11,800 nucleotides of DNA from Thermodesulfovibrionales bacterium (GTDB lineage: Bacteria > Nitrospirota > Thermodesulfovibrionia > Thermodesulfovibrionales > SM23-35): contig CAVQRT010000012.1 of the NCBI GenBank assembly GCA_963715195.1, positions 1 through 11,800 on the forward strand, written 5' to 3'. Within the stretch, counting starts at the first letter, position 1, and each line of letters opens with the position of its first letter. The position numbers were made by a program, and so were the translations under genes. The notes beneath the pieces were generated by a model. That model did not search any database. It was not told the DNA's origin and saw nothing but the letters and a program-made list of their open reading frames with translations. Below, in pieces: positions 1-7,222 of the stretch.

Positions 1-32
1 CTGTCAGATGAGCAAATATGATAATTTCCATT

Positions 33-58
33 TGAGCTTGCCCCGAAAAAGTGGACAC
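33..58 (+). repeat. IS terminal inverted repeat downstream of orfB (IRR)
   Basis: TGAGCTTGCCCCGAAAAAGTGGACAC versus TGACCTTACCCCGAATTGATGGACAC (reverse complement of 1257-1282): 20/26 match. Confidence 0.93.
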
Positions 59-62
59 GTAG

Positions 63-920
63 TTAAGTTTCATTAAGGAGTTTTTCATACTGCTCTGGAC
101 TCCTGTACCCTAAGGCAGAATGCCTCCTCTGACGATTATAGAACACTTCTACATACTCAAAAATACTAAGCCTCGCTTCCAGCCTTGAACGTTAACGCTC
201 ACCATGGACCAATTCCGTCTTGAGAGTCCCAAAGAACGACTCCATATAAGCGTTATCGTAGCAATTGCTACTTCTGCTCATGCTCGGGGTAATGCCGTAT
301 TCTCCGAGAAGCTCCTGATAAGCATAGCTTGCATACTGCCTACCTCGATCAGAATGGTGAACTAATCCTTCAGAAGGGCTTTGTCTGCCAACTGCATCCT
401 TGAGTGCTGCAGAAGCCAAATCCTGTGAGAGTTTATCGCTCATGGTCAATCCAATGATCTTTCTGCTTTGCACATTCATCACTGCTACCACGTAAAGCCA
501 TTCTTCTGATGTCTGGACATATGTCATATCGGAGGCCCATACCCCCTCTGTCCGTCGATGGTCAATCAGCAAGTTTGCAGCCAAGGCATAGTTATGCCGT
601 GAATCGGTGGTCCGCCTGAATCGCCCTTTCTTTACATCTGCCCTTATGGAATGGTCCTTCATGATCCGGGCCACACGGTTTTTCCCACATCTGACACCAT
701 CGTCATTCAGTTCCGCCGCGATCCGCGGACTTCCATAAAGCCTTCTATTTTGACAGTGAACTTTCCGTATGCGTTGCAACAACTCCTCATTGGCTTTCTG
801 TCGTATGCTCGGCCGACGAGTACTCCACGCATAATAACCACTTCTGGATACCTTCAGTACTTCGCACATGCTTCTTACCTTATAGGTCTCTCTGTGTTCT
901 TCCATAAACTCATACTTCAT
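63..920 (-). pseudogene. IS3-family transposase OrfB (DDE catalytic domain), interrupted by in-frame TAA at 192-194
   Basis: Motifs YG-SPRI, WASDMTY, HHSDRGRQY and DNAYMESFF (D-D-E triad). After TAA at 194-192 the same frame continues [42 protein letters not shown] to TAA at 65-63, which is the typical IS3 C-terminus (YN..R.HS.LGY.SP). Confidence 0.92.
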
Positions 921-1219
921 CTGTTTTGTTTGGAGAATACGGCCAAAGCTTTTTTTAAAATATCCCTCTCTTCCCTCGCCCGTTCTAATTCCTTCCGAAG
1001 CTTCCTGATTTCTGCGTTCTCCGGCTTAACACATCCCTTACCTGTAAAGGCCTTCTCACCATCTTTCAGAAATTCCCTCCTCCACAAATGAAGCAGATTC
1101 GGATGGATATCAAGATCCCGAGCTACCTTGCCTACTGGCATTCCCCTTTCCGTGACTAGCTGTACCGCGTCTCTCTTGAACTCACGAGCAAAATGGCGGC
1201 GCTTATCCTCTTTCCCCAT
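917..1219 (-). CDS. IS3-family transposase OrfA (HTH + coiled coil)
   Basis: RRHFAREFKRDAV...VARDLDIHPNLLHLWRRE...EIRKLRKELERAREERDILKKA. SD GAGGAGG lies upstream; its stop overlaps the orfB ATG (ATGA). Confidence 0.95.
   Translation of the reverse strand: MGKEDKRRHFAREFKRDAVQLVTERGMPVGKVARDLDIHPNLLHLWRREFLKDGEKAFTGKGCVKPENAEIRKLRKELERAREERDILKKALAVFSKQNR
949..956 (-). promoter_or_regulatory. Programmed -1 ribosomal frameshift site (A7G) producing the OrfAB fusion
   Basis: Minus strand TTA AAA AAA GCT. The -1 frame (AGC TTT GGC CGT ATT CTC CAA ACA AAA CAG ATG) runs open into orfB. A small TTTGG/CCAAA hairpin follows. Confidence 0.8.
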
Positions 1220-1256
1220 TCACACACCTCCTCTGTCATCTTACAAATCTTTAGGT

Positions 1257-1282
1257 GTGTCCATCAATTCGGGGTAAGGTCA
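1257..1282 (-). repeat. IS terminal inverted repeat upstream of orfA (IRL)
   Basis: Reverse complement TGACCTTACCCCGAATTGATGGACAC; pairs with 33-58. Confidence 0.93.
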
Positions 1283-1509
1283 ACTTGTACTGTTCTGCAT
1301 ATTCGAAAAGGCGGCTGAAAAACTCCTTCATCAAATACGCAGAGTTCATTCTTCGATTGATGTGAGACGTTCAAAAGATAATCAGCAAAGAATTACCCCT
1401 CCAAGAATGAGCACCTCGTTCTGATTGTCTCCTAGTTTTTAGGACCTTGAGAAGCATTTAAAGCTTTTGATTTCGAAGGTACAAATAAAATAATTGATTT
1501 ACTGCGCAG

Positions 1510-1541
1510 AAAAAAGGCAGAGCCATTGCCGACTCTGCCTT
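1510..1541 (-). terminator. Rho-independent terminator of the large secreted-protein gene
   Basis: AAGGCAGAG (1514-1522) / CTCTGCCTT (1533-1541) stem followed on the minus strand by a U-run, about 25 bp after the stop codon at 1567. Confidence 0.85.
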
Positions 1542-1566
1542 ATATATCTAGTGTGTGAATATGCGC

Positions 1567-4500
1567 CTACTTGACTGTCTCGAAATTAAAGCTTCCTACC
1601 AAGAAATTATTCGTTGCTCTCCATATCTCTACAAGATATTTTTCAGGTTTTTTATCAGTCTTGAAGTTGGTAATGTATAGCTCTCCGCTAAGATCAATCC
1701 GGTAATCTGTAGCTGTATTGCCAAAACTTGATGTTTGCATGATAGTCTTGGAACTGCAGCTGTCGTTTTGGCATTCGTAAATTCTGATCTCAAGATGCTC
1801 GTTATAGACAAATGGCATACTCGGATCAACGCTTTCAGATATTCTCAGGGAGAATTTAACCGGCATGGTGCGTCCTGCTTTGTTATCAGGAGTTGAAGGT
1901 AACAGTTCTAAGACAGCCCAGTTGCGAATGCTGAATGCCCTGACTTGGCTCCATCCCTCATTGCCTGCATTGTCTATCGCTTTAGCCAGTATCACATAGT
2001 AGCCATCCTGAAGCAGTGTGGTTTCAAAGGGATATTCCCATAATCCAGTAGAGGCATTAAATGTTGCTTCAAGGTCCTCATATCCTATGGGGATATCATT
2101 GCCATCGCCAGGTTCACGCACGAAGAAATACATCTTGTCTATGCCGCTTAGATCAGTCGCATCCGCCTTGAAGATAACCCCATCCTGAAGGGCATTATTG
2201 GGTAAAGGAGTGACAATGGTCACTTCGGGTGGTGTTAAATCTATAGCTGGGCCTCCGGGGTCCTGAATGGAACCGGCATTCATATCAAGATCCCCGAACT
2301 GATTGTCTATGAAATTCAGATATATTCTGTTTAGATTTGAGTCAATGATTGCACACGAAGAATATTGACTACCCCTGCATGTGAAATCGAAACATGGCTG
2401 CTCAGAATTACCAGGATTGTATTTCAAGTACTGATTGATAGAACTGGTATCAGCATGTGTATACATGACAACTGTGATCGGTTCTGGATCAATTGGGAAG
2501 GCAGGCAGTCCTGTCAGGGTAATCCTGAAGAATCCAAATGGGTATTGTGCGGTTTGACAGAGCTGGCTCTCGGTGGGCGGCGCTATTGGTTCAACTGTCA
2601 GGCCTGTTCCTTGCGGCGCTGCAAAGGTTACATAGTATGCGCTGTCATACGTATATTGAGACTTCACATGGGGCTGCAATCTGTCAGGGACCGTATCATC
2701 ATCACCGCTATAGTAAGGGTCGTCACCGCCTGGTCCCATTTCTGCAACATCGGGAAGACCGTCAGCATCTGCGTCTGAATTACAAACATCGCCTACGCCG
2801 TTTCCATCTTCATCTAATTGATCCGGATTATAAGTATAGGGACAGTTGTCAAAGCAATCTGCAACACCGTCGTTGTCAGCGTCAAGCCCTTCGTCTATCA
2901 ACCCGTTGGGCGGACAACTATTATCTAGTCCGTCACATATCTCGAGATTTGGTGCTCCAGGGTAAATATTTGGATTAAGAGGGTCACAATCTGCATAATC
3001 AGGTGATCCGTCATTGTCGTCATCGTCATCAACGTCATCTGTGAAACCATCTCCATCTGTATCCGGATATTGAACTGCAACCTGAGGACCAACCATGCAA
3101 TTGTTATCTTCATCCGTCTCGAAAACATTTCCTGTGGCATCGGCACAGGCATGCAGATAATAGGTCCCTGATGAGATTCCGTGTGGGACCCTAACCGAGA
3201 TGGTACCCTCAGAGATTGAGCCGGGACCTAAAGATTCTACTGTCCTCTCGCCTATTGGTATCGCTCTGCCCGATTCTATGTCGTCTCTGGTTATAGTGCT
3301 GGCATGATTGATAAAGAACACCGTGGAGGAAGCAACCTCGGTAGCGAGTCCGGAGGAGGCATTGGAGGTTATATCCGATACAGAAATGCTCTCCCCAGCA
3401 GAAACAGTCGAGGTGCCCAGCGATGTGGTAAAGTCAGCGATAGAAAGGTCTGCTCCGTTGCCCGTCTCAAGATGGTTTTCGTGGTAGATTTCGGAGATTC
3501 TATTTATTTTGTCCGGATAAAGTAATTGGAATCCAGCGTAGATATGATCTATGGTAACTGGATGCCTGGGTTCAAAGAGATCTATTTCAATACCAACAGG
3601 AATCTCGAAGGGGAAATCTCCTAGGGTATCCCAGCGTACATTAAAGTAACTGCCCGGGGGGTCATAGTTTTTTATCACATTCCAAATATCGCTGAAAGGT
3701 AAACGCAGATGATCTGCTGACAAGTCGCTGTCATGATTATCGTGTCCATTATGAACAATAAAACCCCCTCCAAAAGTGGCATGCGCCCAATGACCAACAG
3801 CAAAGATGTCAGTTTCTGAGGTACCCCAAATCCCATCCATTGCACAATTAGCATAGGGAGCAGGTGCCATTGCATCACTGGAGCAGCTCTCACCGTCATA
3901 ACGGAGTATTGAGCAACCTGGCCTGAGAATAAGTAAGGAACCTGATAGAGTCCCTTCACCGTAAACAATAAATAAATCAGTCCCTGAACTGCCCCAAATA
4001 CCAAAATACTGATTGTTTGGATTACCGCCATCCATAGGTATCCAGCTTTGGCCGTCATATCGGAGGATAGTGTTTTGCAAACCGACAACAAAAACTTTTC
4101 CCCATTTATCTCCCCAGATTCCATTTAGATGGTTTGGAGAACCACTGTTCATCGATGACCAGGTCTGGCCGTCGTAGTGGAGGACTGTACCGCCGTTCCC
4201 CACGGCAAATACGTCCGTCCCGGAACTTCCCCATACACCGTTAAGCGTGGTTGTAGTGCCACTGTTCATCGATGACCAGGCCTGACCGTCGTAGTGAAGG
4301 ATTGTGCCATTACTACCAACGGCAAAAACGTCTGCCTTGTAACTTCCCCAAATACCATGTAGTGTGGTTGTAATACCACTGTCCATGGGAGACCAACTCT
4401 GACCGTCGAAGCGAAGGATTGTGCCATTACTGCCAACGGCGAAAACATTTGCCCTTGAACTCCCCCAAATACTTTGCAGATCATTAGAGGTGTTACTTTG

Positions 4501-6327
4501 CATTGGAGTCCATCCCTGACTGTAGTGATGAAGGATTGTGCCATTATCCCCAACAGCATACACGTCTCTTCCAGAACTTCCCCACACACCATTCAAAGAA
4601 TTTAATGTTCCGCTTACCATTGTAGACCAGCCTGTATCATCATAAATATCCCATAACACAGCAGCAGAAATGCCCTCAACAAATCTTGGGTCTTCGTCAG
4701 GCTGCGGACATCCATCACAATTTCCATCATCATCTGATCCCAACCAACAAGGATTTGTGTCATCAAAACTATAAAAAGTATAAGGATATTCATAGCTTTC
4801 AGCAGTATATCCTAGAGAAGCAGATACTACAGCAGCGAAAAAATCCGCCCAACCTTCTGTGAAATGCGTGGTATTTTCGCATGTTCCTCGAGGACCATCT
4901 GGGCACCCATCTTCAGGTCTCCAAGTACTATGACCATATATAGGGTCATGATCACAAATGCCGTTCCAATAATAGTCTTTCATATTTAAATCTAAAAGCA
5001 TGTGTTGCACTTTGTGTCCGTATTCATGATACAGTGTCTCACGATTCCATCCTTTGTTAGGATGGATATGGATACCAAATGGGCCTGCATAACTGTGCTG
5101 ATCTTCTTTAGCATTCGAAGAAGGCCAGATTACGTCAACTGGATGAAGGTTACTTTCGTAATCCTTAATAAACGTAAAAGCTTCGTACAGTCTGGTTTGT
5201 AAGTGCCAAGCAGCATCCTCAGTGGAAACGTCTATGTCGCCGCAAACATCAAACGGACAAGTATCGAGTTCAACACCGCACGGATCACAACAGGACAATG
5301 AGTTATCCGGTTTAATATCTCCATTGACATCTCCGAAATTGATTGTCCGTTGGCACAATAATCCGCTGCAGTTAGTGCCATTCTCTCTGGATTGTTCATG
5401 TCGAGGAGTTCTGAGACAGTAAGTCAAACCACCGAATTCGAGGAATTGTGTCTTTATCGCACCTGCGTCAGAAACAGCCTCCACCTGTACATAGGGATCG
5501 GGATAGTCAAGATCATACAATCCGGCCCAGCATTCCATATGATCTTCATACCAATCGCCTGAGGCAACCAATGGAATCGGATCACAATTATGACCTATGG
5601 GGCGGGTAATCCCAATACATTCTGAATGTGGAGGGTACGTATCTCCATTGCACCAACAACCAGTCCAATCGCAACGAATATCTAAAGGTTGACAACAACC
5701 CTCGCTAGTATTTTGATCGAGGCCATTACAGAGCCCGGTGTTATAAACCCCTATGCAACATTGGTTATTTCCATACGGGGTCTTTTCAAGACCCTCACAG
5801 TCCTCAAATGAATAAAGACCGTCACAACATTGTCCCATTCCTTCAACGTACTGATCCCCTAAATCACAAGCATGTTCCTGATAGCCTAAACAACACTTAT
5901 CCCCCATCACATGACAACATTGATCAACCAAACCAGGGAAGGCCTCAGTAATAGCGCTGCATTGATCATTGACATAACATGGGGCACAAAGAACATCCAA
6001 ATCACTGCCCGAACATCCATCAATTTCAAATGTCCCGTCATCTTTAGTAATGTCTGAACACATTTCAGTGCGGCACAATTCTATCGGCGTGCCAGGAACC
6101 ATACAAGTGGCTTTCTCTCCGAAGTCATAGTCATACACGGTCACCTTAGCACCCTTGACCGGCTCATCCTGGCCATCATGTGTGTACACTACGCGACCTG
6201 TTGCAGTAATGTTAGCATCCGCAGCGATAGAAACTGATGGCAACGTGAGAATGCAAAACAGCATTAATAGGCTCAACATAAATGCATAGTATCTTTGAGT
6301 TAATCGAAGTTGTTTTTCGTGAATCAT
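1567..6327 (-). CDS. Large secreted multidomain putative Zn-metallopeptidase/adhesin (1,586 aa)
   Basis: SD GAGGGGG. Sec-type signal peptide (...LPSVSIAA). Cys-rich N-terminal region. HEYGH (5014-5028) plus downstream EGWADF. Seven ~39-aa GxWGSS..DVFAVG repeats. CARDB-like domain (ADLSI...YYLHACAD..VFETDEDNN). DxDxDG / DNCP..NPDQ.D.D Ca-binding repeats. DCDP.NP.IYPGA..ICDGLDNSC motif. PFGFF...DNQFGDLD..IQDPGGP (choice-of-anchor-U-like). Ig-like AxDxAGN domain. C-terminal KAGRTMPVKF (PxKF-like). Confidence 0.93.
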   Translation of the reverse strand: MIHEKQLRLTQRYYAFMLSLLMLFCILTLPSVSIAADANITATGRVVYTHDGQDEPVKGAKVTVYDYDFGEKATCMVPGTPIELCRTEMCSDITKDDGTFEIDGCSGSDLDVLCAPCYVNDQCSAITEAFPGLVDQCCHVMGDKCCLGYQEHACDLGDQYVEGMGQCCDGLYSFEDCEGLEKTPYGNNQCCIGVYNTGLCNGLDQNTSEGCCQPLDIRCDWTGCWCNGDTYPPHSECIGITRPIGHNCDPIPLVASGDWYEDHMECWAGLYDLDYPDPYVQVEAVSDAGAIKTQFLEFGGLTYCLRTPRHEQSRENGTNCSGLLCQRTINFGDVNGDIKPDNSLSCCDPCGVELDTCPFDVCGDIDVSTEDAAWHLQTRLYEAFTFIKDYESNLHPVDVIWPSSNAKEDQHSYAGPFGIHIHPNKGWNRETLYHEYGHKVQHMLLDLNMKDYYWNGICDHDPIYGHSTWRPEDGCPDGPRGTCENTTHFTEGWADFFAAVVSASLGYTAESYEYPYTFYSFDDTNPCWLGSDDDGNCDGCPQPDEDPRFVEGISAAVLWDIYDDTGWSTMVSGTLNSLNGVWGSSGRDVYAVGDNGTILHHYSQGWTPMQSNTSNDLQSIWGSSRANVFAVGSNGTILRFDGQSWSPMDSGITTTLHGIWGSYKADVFAVGSNGTILHYDGQAWSSMNSGTTTTLNGVWGSSGTDVFAVGNGGTVLHYDGQTWSSMNSGSPNHLNGIWGDKWGKVFVVGLQNTILRYDGQSWIPMDGGNPNNQYFGIWGSSGTDLFIVYGEGTLSGSLLILRPGCSILRYDGESCSSDAMAPAPYANCAMDGIWGTSETDIFAVGHWAHATFGGGFIVHNGHDNHDSDLSADHLRLPFSDIWNVIKNYDPPGSYFNVRWDTLGDFPFEIPVGIEIDLFEPRHPVTIDHIYAGFQLLYPDKINRISEIYHENHLETGNGADLSIADFTTSLGTSTVSAGESISVSDITSNASSGLATEVASSTVFFINHASTITRDDIESGRAIPIGERTVESLGPGSISEGTISVRVPHGISSGTYYLHACADATGNVFETDEDNNCMVGPQVAVQYPDTDGDGFTDDVDDDDDNDGSPDYADCDPLNPNIYPGAPNLEICDGLDNSCPPNGLIDEGLDADNDGVADCFDNCPYTYNPDQLDEDGNGVGDVCNSDADADGLPDVAEMGPGGDDPYYSGDDDTVPDRLQPHVKSQYTYDSAYYVTFAAPQGTGLTVEPIAPPTESQLCQTAQYPFGFFRITLTGLPAFPIDPEPITVVMYTHADTSSINQYLKYNPGNSEQPCFDFTCRGSQYSSCAIIDSNLNRIYLNFIDNQFGDLDMNAGSIQDPGGPAIDLTPPEVTIVTPLPNNALQDGVIFKADATDLSGIDKMYFFVREPGDGNDIPIGYEDLEATFNASTGLWEYPFETTLLQDGYYVILAKAIDNAGNEGWSQVRAFSIRNWAVLELLPSTPDNKAGRTMPVKFSLRISESVDPSMPFVYNEHLEIRIYECQNDSCSSKTIMQTSSFGNTATDYRIDLSGELYITNFKTDKKPEKYLVEIWRATNNFLVGSFNFETVK
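3745..4629 (-). repeat. Intragenic tandem repeat: seven ~39-aa (117-bp) units, predicted beta-propeller blades
   Basis: Units W-x-x-M-x-S-G...L-x-G-[VI]-W-G-S-S...V-F-A-V-G...G-T-I-L-x-Y-D-G. DNA-level identity, e.g. CCACTGTTCATCGATGACCAGG at 4142 and 4259 (117 bp apart). Confidence 0.9.
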
Positions 6328-6598
6328 ATTCCCCCCTCTTTAATTTTGTTCTTAAGTGTGCTCTCTATACCTCTTTTGTATGACTTGCTGATATTGTTAT
6401 TGCTGCCTGTGCCAGAACCTTTAGAGTTTATGGCGCTACTATGCGAACTTTCATAAGAAATGCAGATCTCTTGGTTAGTGCGAAAGTAAAAGTTCCCGCA
6501 GTGCTACCCCCTCATTCCTTCAGGAACCCTATTGCTGCAGATAAAACATTGCAGCATAATCAGAGCTATTTATATCATAGGAATAGCCAAAGAATCAA

Positions 6599-6629
6599 AT
6601 ACTTCCCGAATTATACTTCCCGAATTATA
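6599..6629. repeat. Perfect 14-bp tandem duplication (ATACTTCCCGAATT x2 + ATA)
   Basis: 6599-6612 is identical to 6613-6626. Confidence 0.9.
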
Positions 6630-6646
6630 AGCATATATTATGCCCA
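6630..6646 (-). promoter_or_regulatory. Candidate sigma-54 (-24/-12) promoter for the large secreted-protein gene
   Basis: Minus strand TGGGCATAATATATGCT: GG (6644-6643)-N10-GC (6632-6631), close to TGGCAY-N5-TTGCW. Oriented toward the 6327 ATG, with an inverted repeat about 90-130 bp upstream of the implied start site. Confidence 0.55.
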
Positions 6647-6705
6647 TATATAACATATCGATATTACACATTTTATTTCTAAGAGACATGGTTTCCATCG
6701 TGATT

Positions 6706-6746
6706 GTGTAAAGTTTTCCGACATTTTTTTATGGAAAACTTTACAC
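6706..6746. promoter_or_regulatory. Perfect 14-bp inverted repeat; candidate enhancer-binding-protein (UAS) or other transcription factor site
   Basis: GTGTAAAGTTTTCC (6706-6719)-13 bp-GGAAAACTTTACAC (6733-6746). The left arm also forms TGT-N11-ACA (TGTAAAGTTTTCCGACA). Confidence 0.65.
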
Positions 6747-6837
6747 TCGGAGTGAAAAAGCAACAATTTCTGATTTGGTTATTTTCAGGCGTACTTTGCT
6801 TATTTGTTGAGGATTCACGTTATGCGGATATCAGGAA

Positions 6838-7056
6838 GTCATCCTCCCTGGGTATTTTCAAAGATAGTCTTGATCGGTCAGAAAAGCAATAGCGTGTGAA
6901 TATTTGAATAGGAAATAAACGATATCGACAAATTGCAGGGTTGAGGACTGCTATGTGTATCCCTGACTATCAATGACCACGCCGGTGGTGTTGAGTATAG
7001 GGAGGCATCTTCCCTGAGTCTTTCCAAAGGTACTCTTGATCAGCCAAAAAAGCAAT
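6838..7056. repeat. Degenerate direct repeat with 166-bp offset
   Basis: 6838-6890 versus 7004-7056 align without gaps at 43/53 identity. Weaker similarity continues downstream (TTTGAA..GGAAAT, CTATGTG). Confidence 0.75.
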
Positions 7057-7222
7057 CAGGTATGCTTCTTTGAAATGGAAATGATAATTTGCAAAAGCTG
7101 GAGGGGTAATCACTCCTATGTGCACTCTTGCCCTCTATCGGAATCTTGCGAGGTTTTTGTAACAGGGAGAATTGTAACCTGAGAAGAACAATAAAAGGAG
7201 TTCCGACAGACAGCATAATTAT

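Larger units (their letters stand above)
33..1282 (-). mobile_element. IS3-family insertion sequence, 1,250 bp, probably non-autonomous (nonsense codon in orfB)
   Basis: Ends 5'-TG...CA-3'. 26-bp terminal inverted repeats with 20/26 identity. Encodes overlapping HTH-type OrfA and DDE/rve-type OrfB in 0/-1 frames with a slippery A7G site, the standard IS3 layout. Confidence 0.96.

Noticed and set aside
651..1091. 146-aa + strand ORF
   Set aside because: Antisense shadow of IS3 orfA/orfB with no recognisable motifs.
1283..1440. Possible decayed gene (minus strand RGN....IF...FFSRLFEYAEQYK, faintly like a Y1/REP transposase N-terminus) interrupted by the IS; also a 12-mer ATTACCCCTCCA (1392-1403) matching 7099-7110 in reverse
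   Set aside because: Contains stops, lacks the HUH motif and spacing is off. A 12-mer match is expected by chance in 11.8 kb.
3745..4629. 117-bp periodic DNA repeats considered as a CRISPR array or DGR template/variable repeats
   Set aside because: Repeats are in-frame protein units with no unique spacers or adenine-specific mismatch pattern, and there is no cas or reverse transcriptase gene in the window.
1629..5422. Short alternative-frame or antisense ORFs inside the 1,586-aa gene (1629-1829, 2365-2778, 2538-2978, 2925-3152, 3304-3525, 3675-4124, 4266-4592, 5002-5202, 5222-5422)
   Set aside because: All overlap a well-supported CDS. Their apparent repeats just mirror the 117-bp coding repeats.
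6400..6420. TGGCAC on the minus strand as an alternative sigma-54 -24 box
   Set aside because: No GC at the required GG-N10-GC spacing.
6441..6892. ORFs 6441-6653 and 6704-6892 (+)
   Set aside because: Short, no clear SD or motifs, and they overlap the promoter, inverted repeat and degenerate repeat elements.
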